A program made the translations under genes and the position numbers. A stretch of DNA of 64,000 nt from an uncultured Pseudobdellovibrionaceae bacterium (GTDB lineage: Bacteria; Pseudomonadota; Alphaproteobacteria; Micavibrionales; Micavibrionaceae), in NCBI GenBank assembly GCA_964577255.1, contig CAZNYM010000004.1:804-64803 (forward strand). Direction: 5' to 3'. Positions 18,714-27,213 of the stretch are shown in pieces; position 1 is the first letter of the stretch; each line of letters opens with the position of its first letter. The notes beneath the pieces were generated by a model. The model was not told the DNA's origin and searched no databases. It saw only the letters and a list, made by a program, of their open reading frames with translations.

Positions 18714-21017
18714 ATGACCGATATGGCCGAACAGGATGTTTTGAATCAGCCGCGGCTGCGGGTCGGGCAATATCTGGTCTATCCCGGCCAGGGACTGTCG
18801 GTGATCAGCGCCCGCCGGCTCTATCACGTGGACAAGATAAAGACGGTTATGCTCGAGGCCCGACCGCTCCACGATCTGCAGACCTTGTCCGCCATCGCCG
18901 AAGAACTGGCGGGAGACCGAGGCCTGCGGCCACCGTCTTCACACGAAGACATAAAGGCGGCGCTGGAAAAGATCGCCCAGGCGCCGGGTTATCCTGGCAA
19001 GGGTGAGCGCCGCCGTCCCTCCAACGATTACAAACCGCAGTTCGCATCGGGCAGGCTTGAGGATCTCGTTACCGTGTTGTGTGATTTGGCCCGGAGCTAT
19101 AAAGGCCGGGTGCAGGGAATGGATAACATCCCCCCGCTTGACCGGCGCGACGCGCAGCGGGCAATAAAGCTGCTGGCCGTTGAAATGGCGTTCGATACAG
19201 GCCTGACTATCGATAAATGCGAGAAGCATATCGACAAGTTGCTGTTTGGCAGGATCAAGAACGGAGACAAGAAAGACGATTATTTCTGGCCGAAAAAAAC
19301 ACGAAAGCGGCATCCTCCGGTCATGGACCGCGAAGAATTTCATGCGCTTTTTCACCAGTATCCGGAGCAAGAAGAGCAGGCCGCGCCCAAGGTGTTTTCC
19401 GCTCTTCGCGAAATTTATGAACCAAGGCGCCGGTTTGGCAGGACGTCAGGCGGAGATGCGCGGGAAGATGCCGGTGGCAGCGACAGCGCGGACACTGAAG
19501 GAGAAGACGAGAAAAAGACAGCCGCGCCTTCCAAAAGTAAGATTATATTGTCGAAGCGCGGCAGATCCGCGCGCGCAGCAGAAGCAGAGGCGCCAGCCCC
19601 GCGGCGGAACGAAGATCGTCAGGAAACACCTCAAAAAAATGGCGGCCGTCCCGATGATAAAGATGTCCATGAAATCATGTGCCGCGAATTGTCGATGAAA
19701 TGCGGACGGGGGTGCATGAGTAACATTTTTCGCGCGGCGGTCGAAGTTCTGGACGCGCCGGCGCTTGATGTGTATACGCGCCTGGAAACACGCCGCCCGG
19801 AATTTCGCCAAACGCTGGCGCAGGTGGCCGAGGACCTCGGCAAGATGCCCCAGGAGGTGATCGCGATGCGCAATGAGGCTGTCCACGCCATGCGCGCGCA
19901 CCTGTGCAAGGGCAACCGGGCTGATTTCTACCGCAATATGCGGTGTCTCGCACTTTGGGCGGCGGACGATGAGGGGCGGGGAGCGCAAGAAGCCGGTGAA
20001 ATTATTAGCGCGTCCCGTAAGAAGATCAAGAAAGAGCTCTTGTCGTCTACGGGCGATATGATCGCCCCTCTGTATAAGCGAGAACGGGATCTGGTGCCGG
20101 CGCGGGGACCGGTGCGCGGCTTGTTTCTGCGCGCCGTTAAGGCGCTTTCGGCGGAGAAGTTCGATGTTTATACGCGCCTGGAAACGCGCACGCCGGCGCA
20201 TCGCGAGACGTTGGCGCAGGTCGCCGACTCTCTTGGCAAATCCGAAGATGAGGTACGTCGCATCCGCAATGAAGCGGTGAGAACACTGCGCCAGGATTTT
20301 ATCGTGTGCGGCGACAAGATACCGCACATGGCGGCCATCGAGCTCATGCTGAATGGCGAGGACACGCCTCCGGATTCGCCAGCGGCGGCTATGGATGATC
20401 CTGTTAGTAAAGAAGGTGCCGAAGAATTTCAGGCGGAGAGAGAGGGCGTTCCTCTGGCCGCGTTGGCGGCTGTTGCAGCAGTGGATGATCCTGCAGGCGG
20501 GGAGGAAGCCGTGCCGCCGGAAGAAGAACCGGCTCTGGACGAGGATATGCGCGTCCTTTACGAGCGGGAGCGTGCGCTTGCGGTATCTGAAGGGCCGCTT
20601 AAGGGCTTTCTCAATCTTGCCGCCGGCCTGCTCACGCCCGAAGAGTTCGATGTGTATGCCCGCATGGAAATCCGCCGCCCCGAATGCCGCGAAACGCCGG
20701 CGCAGATCGCTCGGGTTCTGGGTAAATCCGAGGACGAGGTGCGTCTTATCCGCGACGAGGCTGCTTCGCTGATTCGTGACTGGCTGGAAGCCGAAGGCCA
20801 GGAGGCGGCCCTGCTGCCGGCGGTCTTGCCGTTGCCCGCGGAAGATGCGGCATCGGAAGAAGATACTGTCGAGGTCGTGCTGAAGCTTCCGGTCCATCGC
20901 GTGCCGGGTACGCGGCTTTTGATCCAGTTCGACTATGCCACTGACGGCCGGCTGACGGATGCGCGCATCGAGGAACACGCGCCCTCAGCGTTTCCTAAGC
21001 CGGCGGCTCCGGTTTAA
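18714..21017 (+). CDS. CdnL/CarD-like RNA-polymerase-binding module fused to three tandem sigma-70 region-4-like HTH repeats
   Basis: 767 aa. aa 14-178 parallel CdnL ([17 protein letters not shown]; [18 protein letters not shown]; [17 protein letters not shown]; [17 protein letters not shown]). aa ~190-335 are charged low complexity. Three repeats share (F/L)DVYxR(L/M)ExRxPxxRxTxAQ(V/I)AxxLGK(S/M)x(D/Q)EVxx(I/M)RxEA, reminiscent of RpoD region 4.2. Confidence 0.8.
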   Translation: MTDMAEQDVLNQPRLRVGQYLVYPGQGLSVISARRLYHVDKIKTVMLEARPLHDLQTLSAIAEELAGDRGLRPPSSHEDIKAALEKIAQAPGYPGKGERRRPSNDYKPQFASGRLEDLVTVLCDLARSYKGRVQGMDNIPPLDRRDAQRAIKLLAVEMAFDTGLTIDKCEKHIDKLLFGRIKNGDKKDDYFWPKKTRKRHPPVMDREEFHALFHQYPEQEEQAAPKVFSALREIYEPRRRFGRTSGGDAREDAGGSDSADTEGEDEKKTAAPSKSKIILSKRGRSARAAEAEAPAPRRNEDRQETPQKNGGRPDDKDVHEIMCRELSMKCGRGCMSNIFRAAVEVLDAPALDVYTRLETRRPEFRQTLAQVAEDLGKMPQEVIAMRNEAVHAMRAHLCKGNRADFYRNMRCLALWAADDEGRGAQEAGEIISASRKKIKKELLSSTGDMIAPLYKRERDLVPARGPVRGLFLRAVKALSAEKFDVYTRLETRTPAHRETLAQVADSLGKSEDEVRRIRNEAVRTLRQDFIVCGDKIPHMAAIELMLNGEDTPPDSPAAAMDDPVSKEGAEEFQAEREGVPLAALAAVAAVDDPAGGEEAVPPEEEPALDEDMRVLYERERALAVSEGPLKGFLNLAAGLLTPEEFDVYARMEIRRPECRETPAQIARVLGKSEDEVRLIRDEAASLIRDWLEAEGQEAALLPAVLPLPAEDAASEEDTVEVVLKLPVHRVPGTRLLIQFDYATDGRLTDARIEEHAPSAFPKPAAPV
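19719..20786 (+). repeat. Three in-frame intragenic repeats (approx. 19719-19904, 20067-20300, 20556-20786) encoding the sigma-region-4-like modules
   Basis: DNA-level similarity is visible, e.g. ttcgatgtttatacgcgcctggaaacgcgcacgccggcgcatcgcgagacgttggcgcaggtcgcc versus cttgatgtgtatacgcgcctggaaacacgccgcccggaatttcgccaaacgctggcgcaggtggcc. Confidence 0.8.
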
Positions 21018-22159
21018 GCGGCTTTTCTTGTTGGGCTGCTTGCTGTGCTTTCGATCCACCCGCCGCCGATCAGGCGTTCGCCGTCATAGCACACCGCCGC
21101 CTGGCCTGGGGAAATGCCGTAATGGGGTTCGGCGAGGGTGAGGATGGCGCGGCCGTCCGCGTCGATAGCAAGCGTTCCCGGCACCGGCGCCATGGTCGAA
21201 CGGAACTTCACGAGCACATCGCGCGCTTCGCGCGCCAGCCAGTTGCCGTCCTTAAGATAAAGAATGTCGCGCGCCAGTGCTTCCCTGGGTCCTACGGTGA
21301 CGGTATTTTTTCCCGCATCCACGGCGACGACGTAGAAGGGATTGTTGTCTTCGTTATGCCCGCCGCCGATGCCCAGGCCCCGGCGCTGGCCGATGGTGTA
21401 GTGGATGATGCCTTCGTGCCGGCCCAGCACGCGCCCGTCGACATGGACGATGTCGCCCGCCTCCGCCGCCTGCGGCCGCAGTTTTTTCACCACCTTGGCG
21501 TAATCGCCGCCGGGGACGAAGCAGATATCCTGGCTGTCGGGCTTGTCGGCCGTGATCAGACCGAAGCGCCGCGCATGTTCGCGTGTGACGTCCTTGCCCC
21601 AGCCGCCCAGGGGGAAGCGCATGAAATCAAGCTGCTCCTGCGTGGTGGCGAACAGGAAATAGCTTTGGTCCTTGCCCGGATCGACGGCGCGCAGCAGGTC
21701 GGCGCGCCCGGTGCGCGGGTCGGTGACGCGCTGGATGTAGTGCCCCGTCGCCATGCAGTCGGCGCCCAAATCGCGCGCCACCGCCAGCAGATCGCGGAAC
21801 TTGACGGTCTGATTGCAGCGCACGCAGGGGATCGGCGTTTCACCGCGCAGGTAACTGTCGGCGAAATCCTCGATCACGCTGTCGCGGAAATTGCTTTCGT
21901 AGTTGAGGACGTAGTGCGGGAAGCCACGCGCCTCAGCCACGCGCCGCGCGTCGTAAATATCCTGCCCTGCGCAGCATGCGCCCTTTTTCTGCAGCGCCGC
22001 GCCGTAATCGTAAAGCTGCAGCGTGACGCCGACGACGTCATAGCCCTGCTCGTGCAACAGCGCGGCCACGACCGACGAATCGACCCCGCCCGACATGGCC
22101 ACCACCACGCGGGTATCTTTAGGATCCTTGTTGAAGCCGAGGCTGTTCACAATGGTCAC
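21014..22159 (-). CDS. mnmA: tRNA-specific 2-thiouridylase
   Basis: 381 aa. [15 protein letters not shown]-loop, the CVRCN cysteine and overall MnmA pattern. The start codon at 22159 is GTG. The 3' end overlaps the convergent CdnL-like gene by 4 nt. Confidence 0.92.
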   Translation of the reverse strand: MTIVNSLGFNKDPKDTRVVVAMSGGVDSSVVAALLHEQGYDVVGVTLQLYDYGAALQKKGACCAGQDIYDARRVAEARGFPHYVLNYESNFRDSVIEDFADSYLRGETPIPCVRCNQTVKFRDLLAVARDLGADCMATGHYIQRVTDPRTGRADLLRAVDPGKDQSYFLFATTQEQLDFMRFPLGGWGKDVTREHARRFGLITADKPDSQDICFVPGGDYAKVVKKLRPQAAEAGDIVHVDGRVLGRHEGIIHYTIGQRRGLGIGGGHNEDNNPFYVVAVDAGKNTVTVGPREALARDILYLKDGNWLAREARDVLVKFRSTMAPVPGTLAIDADGRAILTLAEPHYGISPGQAAVCYDGERLIGGGWIESTASSPTRKAA

Positions 22160-23169
22160 TATAAACCAAGACGGACCGCAGAGGAATTTCCGGTTATCGC
22201 GGACTTCCGCGCCGGCTCACCCACTTTCAGGATGCGTTCCAGTTTATGCATAAGATCGGCGTTATAGATCCTGACGGCAAAAGCCGCCGGCCGGTCAAAG
22301 ACTTCACAACCCGCCGCCGCGCGGGCGGCAACGGTATCGGCAATCGTGCCGAAGCGGTCTCCCCAGGCTTTGTAATCTTCCTGCAGATCGGGATACTGAG
22401 AGTGTCTCTCGGCTAAAGAAAGACACTGTCTTTGCATCGTTTCTATGTGTTCGCTCAAAGGCTTGTCATTCAAATCCATGACCCAGTCGAAAGCGCTACC
22501 GGCGCAGGTGCCGGCCAGCGTCAAAAGACCAGCGCAACGCAATTCCTGTTCAACGGTCAAGGTTTGATTTGTGTCATGAATCCTTACGACGCGGTCAAGC
22601 AGTATTCCAACAACGCGCAGGCAGTTCCCCGTGTCATAGGCGCAAGAAATTGTTGACGAACAGCCCTGCAGACTGTTGAGAAAGATACGATCTTCGAAAT
22701 AAGGAATGTCATCAACACTCCCGCTTCCTGCAACAAAGGCCTCAACCGCGCTTTCGATCTTTTTAGAAAAATCGCCGCTTGCTACCGCTTGGGGATTTTT
22801 AAGTTCCAATGATGACATGCTCTCGGTTGTCTCGCGAATTTTTTCCCAGCTTTCTTCAGGCTGACCCAGCTTATAGGCGGCCATGTACAGATTTCTCATG
22901 GGGAGAAGCTCAGGGCTGCCTGCTACATCGGCCAGAAAAAACTTAGTTTCAAAAATTCCGAATGTCTCAAAAGCGGCGTGAAACTCCTCCGCCGGCGCAG
23001 TGCTCACTTTCATCAGATCGCCCAGGATTCTCATGCGCCTGGTTTCACACGCGCCGTCCATGAAATCCTGCGTCAGCGGGCTGCGGTCGTCGGTTTTCAG
23101 CAGCGAAATAAAATCTTCTCTGGTGGCGATATGCAGGGCGATTATTTTCTCAATATGTTGTCTGTTCAT
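22159..23169 (-). CDS. Hypothetical protein, paralog A (336 aa, nine Cys)
   Basis: No family recognised. Full-length similarity by eye to the upstream gene ([26 protein letters not shown] versus LLYAVIKLGSPEMTWDDIVAEHDSLS; PYFEDRIFL versus PFRDDGIDL; N-terminus [12 protein letters not shown] versus RHVTYVKTMIARHIT). The stop overlaps the mnmA GTG by 1 nt. Two sampled 60-nt lines are ~45-47% G+C. Confidence 0.6.
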   Translation of the reverse strand: MNRQHIEKIIALHIATREDFISLLKTDDRSPLTQDFMDGACETRRMRILGDLMKVSTAPAEEFHAAFETFGIFETKFFLADVAGSPELLPMRNLYMAAYKLGQPEESWEKIRETTESMSSLELKNPQAVASGDFSKKIESAVEAFVAGSGSVDDIPYFEDRIFLNSLQGCSSTISCAYDTGNCLRVVGILLDRVVRIHDTNQTLTVEQELRCAGLLTLAGTCAGSAFDWVMDLNDKPLSEHIETMQRQCLSLAERHSQYPDLQEDYKAWGDRFGTIADTVAARAAAGCEVFDRPAAFAVRIYNADLMHKLERILKVGEPARKSAITGNSSAVRLGL

Positions 23170-24119
23170 GGTATCTCCGGTTTACGCAGGTGAAGGGCGG
23201 GCAGGCGCGGCCCGCCGGGCAATGTGGCGGCGACCTTACGCTGGGCGCGCTCGAAATTGATCATGTGCCCGGCAGTTTCGGGATCGGCAAGGATGTTGAC
23301 GATGAAAGGATCCTTTTGTTCCTGAAAGCGCGCGCACAGATTTCTGAGTTGTTCCGCTTCCTTTTCCCCGCCGACCTGGGTCTGCAGGTGCAAAAGCCGG
23401 GCGGCGGCGGCCGTGCCCACCGCCATCATGTCTTTATAATGCCTGCGGCTTGAAAGATCGTCGGCCAGCAGAGCCTTGAACATGGTCATCAGGCAGGACA
23501 GGCGCATCCGCTCGCTTTCATCGGGAGGCTCCGCCTGGCCGGCGCGGTCGAGCACATGTGCGGCGATGGTTGCCCAGCGCTCCGCCCGGCCCTGCGCGGG
23601 CAAATCGCAGTTAAAAATCTGGTCCGCGGCAAACAAGTCGATGCCGTCGTCACGAAAAGGCAACCCCGCAGGATCGAACACGGGCTCGTCGAACAGCGCC
23701 GCGGTCAGGCGATCCACGTAAGGTCCGCCGATCAGCTCATGGGGGTTGGCACGGGCATGAACACTCAGGGAGTCGTGCTCGGCCACGATGTCATCCCACG
23801 TCATCTCGGGCGAACCCAGTTTGATGACGGCGTAAAGCAGGGGTATGTTGTCGGCCAGATCCTCTTCGCCGCGCAGAGTATAAAGATGGGAAAGACAAAC
23901 ATGCGGTCCCCAGAAGGCCAGCCCCTCATAAATATCGTCGGTGTCTATGTTGTTGAGGCGGTTGAGGTCTTCGAGCATGTTCTCGCGCTGACGCAGGATC
24001 AGGCCGTTCCCAGTGCCGGGCAAGACTTGATCTTCGCGCAGGCGCTGACCCAGCGTACCCATCGCCGTGATGTGGCGCGCGATCATGGTTTTGACGTAGG
24101 TAACGTGCCGGGCGGACAT
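23166..24119 (-). CDS. Hypothetical protein, paralog B (317 aa from ATG 24119)
   Basis: The track start at 24134 is TTG. ATG 24119 is preceded by AGGAGAAACCC. The stop overlaps the start of paralog A (ATGA). No family recognised. Confidence 0.6.
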   Translation of the reverse strand: MSARHVTYVKTMIARHITAMGTLGQRLREDQVLPGTGNGLILRQRENMLEDLNRLNNIDTDDIYEGLAFWGPHVCLSHLYTLRGEEDLADNIPLLYAVIKLGSPEMTWDDIVAEHDSLSVHARANPHELIGGPYVDRLTAALFDEPVFDPAGLPFRDDGIDLFAADQIFNCDLPAQGRAERWATIAAHVLDRAGQAEPPDESERMRLSCLMTMFKALLADDLSSRRHYKDMMAVGTAAAARLLHLQTQVGGEKEAEQLRNLCARFQEQKDPFIVNILADPETAGHMINFERAQRKVAATLPGGPRLPALHLRKPEIP

Positions 24120-24183
24120 GGGTTTCTCCTGCAAGCCGCGACTATAGGGAAGGGGAGCCGCTAAAGCAATAATTTTTACATAA

Positions 24184-24203
24184 GAAAAGAAAAGAAAAGA
24201 AAA
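24184..24203. repeat. Pentanucleotide microsatellite (GAAAA)x4, i.e. (CTTTT)4 on the coding strand of the flanking genes
   Basis: Read directly: aaGAAAAGAAAAGAAAAGAAAAgaggg, between the fdx stop (24219) and the start of paralog B. Confidence 0.9.
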
Positions 24204-24218
24204 GAGGGAAGCGGGACG

Positions 24219-24566
24219 TTACCAGCTCACCGCCGCGCCGGGCAGGGCGACGACCAGCCCGTCGAGGTCCTCGCGCATCACGATCTGGCAGGAAAGGCGC
24301 GAGCGCGGCCGCACATCAAAAGCCAGGTCAAGCATGTCGATCTCTTCTTCCGATTGCTTGCCGCTATTGGGCATCGTCTTCTCCCACCAGTCGGGATGGA
24401 CATAGACATGGCAGGTAGCGCAGGCCAGGCTGCCGCCGCAGGCGCCCTCGATCTGCTCGATCTTGTGCATCTGCGCGATCTCCATGACGGAATAACCCAG
24501 CAGCGCCTCGACCGTTTTCTCGGTCCCGTTCGGAAACACAAAAGTGACGTGCAGGATCTTGTCCAT
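24219..24566 (-). CDS. fdx: [2Fe-2S] ferredoxin, adrenodoxin/Fdx type
   Basis: 115 aa. CGGSLACATCHV cluster motif plus the distal SRLSCQI cysteine. Confidence 0.9.
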   Translation of the reverse strand: MDKILHVTFVFPNGTEKTVEALLGYSVMEIAQMHKIEQIEGACGGSLACATCHVYVHPDWWEKTMPNSGKQSEEEIDMLDLAFDVRPRSRLSCQIVMREDLDGLVVALPGAAVSW

Positions 24567-24580
24567 CAGGTTTCTTTAAT

Positions 24581-25693
24581 TTATCTGCGCACGCGGTCAA
24601 TCACTTTTTTGAAGGCCGCGGCAGCGGCCGTGATGTCGCCGGGCCGCGTGTCCCAGCCCAGGGAAAAACGCAGCGCCCCCGCGCTCAAAGCGGGGTCGAC
24701 CCCCATGGCCGCCAGGACATGCGAGGGTTTGACCGTGCCGCTCGAACATGCCGATCCGCTCGATACCGCCAGCCCCTCAAGATCGAGCGCCATCAGAAAC
24801 GTTTGGGCATTGGCGCCGGGCACGCCGATATTGAGCGTGTTGGCCACACGCGGCGCCTGCGCGCCGAAGACGACTGTGTCAGGTGCGATCTCCTGCAGCG
24901 ATTTTTCCAGCTGGTCGCGCAGCTTCACAAGGTCGCGGAAGGTTTCAAGATGCGAGAGAGCATAGGCGGCCGCCGCGCCGAACCCGGCGATGCCGGCTAC
25001 ATTTTCCGTGCCGGCGCGCTGGCGCTTTTCCTGGCCGCCGCCGTGCAGAAGGCGCGGCACCGGCGCGCCCGGCGCGCTGAGGAGGGCGCCCGTGCCCTGC
25101 GGTCCGCCGATCTTATGAGAGGAAAGGCTCAGATAATCGGCATAGAGCGCCGCCATCTCAAGCGGCATCCTTCCGGCCGCCTGCACGGCATCTGTATGGA
25201 TGAATACGCCGGGATGATGTTTCTTCGCCAGACGCGCCAGTTCCGCCACCGGCTGGATCACGCCGGTTTCGTTGTTCACCAGCATGACCGAGACAAGCGC
25301 GGGTGGGGCGCTCGCCTGCAGCATCTTTTCAAACGCGGCCATGTCGACCACGCCCGCCTGTGTGACGGGGATGCGTTCGGCGTCGGGCGCCGATTCCAGC
25401 ACCGAAGGATGCTCGATCGCCGACACCAGAATCCGCTGTCCGGCGAAATGCTTGAGCACTGCGTTGTTCGATTCCGTGGCGCCGCTTGTGAATGCGACCT
25501 GGTTGGCGTGCGTGCCCGCCAGCGCCGCCACCTGTTCGCGCGCCTGTTCGACGGCCTGGCGCGCGTGGCGCCCGAATCCATGAATCGACGAGGCGTTGCC
25601 CGGCTGCGCCAGCGTTGCTTGCATCACTGCAAGTGCTTGCGGCAGAAGCGGCGCCGAGGCGTTGTAATCGAGATAAATCGCTTCTTTTTTCAT
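24581..25693 (-). CDS. Cysteine desulfurase (NifS/IscS-like class V aminotransferase)
   Basis: 370 aa. YLDYNASAP N-terminus, SSHKIGGPQGTGAL PLP-lysine motif and SGSACSSG active-site cysteine loop. Confidence 0.88.
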   Translation of the reverse strand: MKKEAIYLDYNASAPLLPQALAVMQATLAQPGNASSIHGFGRHARQAVEQAREQVAALAGTHANQVAFTSGATESNNAVLKHFAGQRILVSAIEHPSVLESAPDAERIPVTQAGVVDMAAFEKMLQASAPPALVSVMLVNNETGVIQPVAELARLAKKHHPGVFIHTDAVQAAGRMPLEMAALYADYLSLSSHKIGGPQGTGALLSAPGAPVPRLLHGGGQEKRQRAGTENVAGIAGFGAAAAYALSHLETFRDLVKLRDQLEKSLQEIAPDTVVFGAQAPRVANTLNIGVPGANAQTFLMALDLEGLAVSSGSACSSGTVKPSHVLAAMGVDPALSAGALRFSLGWDTRPGDITAAAAAFKKVIDRVRR

Positions 25694-25916
25694 AGTAATT
25701 TTTCGTAGTCTGTCATCAGGGGTGTATCCCCAGAGAAACGCGCAACATTATGATAAATTTGTAGACTTTTCAAAGCCGGGTTTGCTATAGGGACGGTAAA
25801 TAACAGGGCTTTCGTCGAAAAAGCAAATCGCATTTCGGCTCCGCGTAGAGAGCTGCGGCAAACGAACGGGGATGTTTGTCCGATGTGTGTGACGTTGACT
25901 GTGACAAGGGGACTTT

Positions 25917-26609
25917 ATGCCTGAGATTATCATCAACGGCCCGGAGGGCCGGTTGGAGGGGCGCTACACCCACTCCAAGACACCGAACGCGCCGCTGGCG
26001 CTGATTCTTCATCCGCACCCGGAACTGGGCGGCACGATGAACAACAAGGTGACCTATTACCTGTTCCAGACATTTGTCGAGCGCGGTTTTTCCACGCTGC
26101 GTTTCAATTTCCGCGGCGTGGGCCGCTCGCAGGGGTCGTTCGACCGTGGCGAGGGCGAACTGAGCGACGCCGCTGCTGCTCTTGACTGGATGCAGGAAAT
26201 CAATCCCAACGCGCCTTATGTGTGGGTCGCCGGGTTTTCGTTCGGCGCGTGGATCGGCATGCAGCTTCTGATGCGCCGTCCCGAGATCAAAGGTTTCGTG
26301 TCCGCCTGCCCGCCCGCCAACATGTTCGATTTCACGTTTCTGGCGCCGTGCCCGACTTCGGGCCTGATCATCCATGGCCGCGACGACAATTTCGTGCCCG
26401 AGCCGCATGTCGAGAAGCTGGTGCAGAAGCTGCGCATGCAGCGCGGCATCGAGATTGATTACCGCGTCGTCGACGGCGCCGGCCACTTCTTCAACGATCA
26501 TGTCGAATCCATGACCGCCCACGTGCACGATTACCTGAACAAGGCCGGCGCCGGGCGCGGCGCACTCAAGGCGCTTTCGGTCGTGAAGGGATCCGGCAAG
26601 GCGGCTTAA
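25917..26609 (+). CDS. Alpha/beta hydrolase (COG2945-like conserved family)
   Basis: 230 aa. INGPEGRLEGRY...LILHPHPELGGTMNNKV...LRFNFRGVGRSQG...VAGFSFGA nucleophile elbow. Confidence 0.7.
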   Translation: MPEIIINGPEGRLEGRYTHSKTPNAPLALILHPHPELGGTMNNKVTYYLFQTFVERGFSTLRFNFRGVGRSQGSFDRGEGELSDAAAALDWMQEINPNAPYVWVAGFSFGAWIGMQLLMRRPEIKGFVSACPPANMFDFTFLAPCPTSGLIIHGRDDNFVPEPHVEKLVQKLRMQRGIEIDYRVVDGAGHFFNDHVESMTAHVHDYLNKAGAGRGALKALSVVKGSGKAA

Positions 26610-26616
26610 AAGCGCC

Positions 26617-27099
26617 TCAGGCCGCTTTCTTGCCTATGTCTTTCAGCGCTTTCGCCACCTCGTCGACATGGCCGGGCACTTTCACGCCGCGCCAGACGCT
26701 GCGGATGATTCCTTCTCCATCGATCAGGAAGGTGGCGCGGTCGATGCCCATGTATTTTTTCCCGTACATGCTTTTCTCGATCCACACGCCGTAGGCTTCG
26801 CACACCTTGCCGTTCTCGTCCGACCCAAGCGGGAAGGTCAGATTGAATTTCTTGGCAAAGGCGGCGTGTTTTTTCAGGCTGTCCTTCGACACGCCGATCA
26901 CGACGGCGTCGAGTTTTTTAAAGGCGCCCAGATTCTCGGTGAAATCGCATGCCTCGCGGGTGCAGCCGGGCGTATCGTCCTTGGGGTAGAAATAAAGCAC
27001 GACGTTTTTTCCCTTCAGGCTGGCAAGGGAGAGCGTTTCCTCCGGAGCGACGGGCAGGGAGAAGGCGGGAGCTTTATCACCGGGTTTCAATATTGTCAT
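26617..27099 (-). CDS. bcp: Thioredoxin-dependent thiol peroxidase (peroxiredoxin Bcp)
   Basis: 160 aa. FYPKDDTPGCTREAC peroxidatic-cysteine motif. Confidence 0.9.
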   Translation of the reverse strand: MTILKPGDKAPAFSLPVAPEETLSLASLKGKNVVLYFYPKDDTPGCTREACDFTENLGAFKKLDAVVIGVSKDSLKKHAAFAKKFNLTFPLGSDENGKVCEAYGVWIEKSMYGKKYMGIDRATFLIDGEGIIRSVWRGVKVPGHVDEVAKALKDIGKKAA

Positions 27100-27213
27100 G
27101 GGAATCTCCTTGCCATGTTGTGGCAGCTATTCATCAGGTGTCGGATGTTATACAAAAGTGGGCTATGCCTGAACGATTTTCAAGGCCGGTATCCATAATC
27201 CAGACCCGGTGCG

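Noticed and set aside
19719-20786. The three DNA repeats as a diversity-generating retroelement (TR/VR), CRISPR-like array or mobile repeat
   Set aside because: The repeats are in-frame protein-domain duplications. Substitutions are spread over all bases rather than being adenine-specific. There is no reverse transcriptase, spacers or cas genes nearby.
19446-20978. 510-aa minus-strand ORF inside the CdnL-like gene
   Set aside because: It is an Arg-rich shadow frame. The + strand product has recognisable domains and in-frame repeats.
17577-21017. tRNA-Met flank as an integration site for a genomic island carrying the DLH and CdnL-chimera genes
   Set aside because: I found no integrase, no direct repeat of the tRNA 3' end and no compositional shift. 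The genes have host-like G+C.
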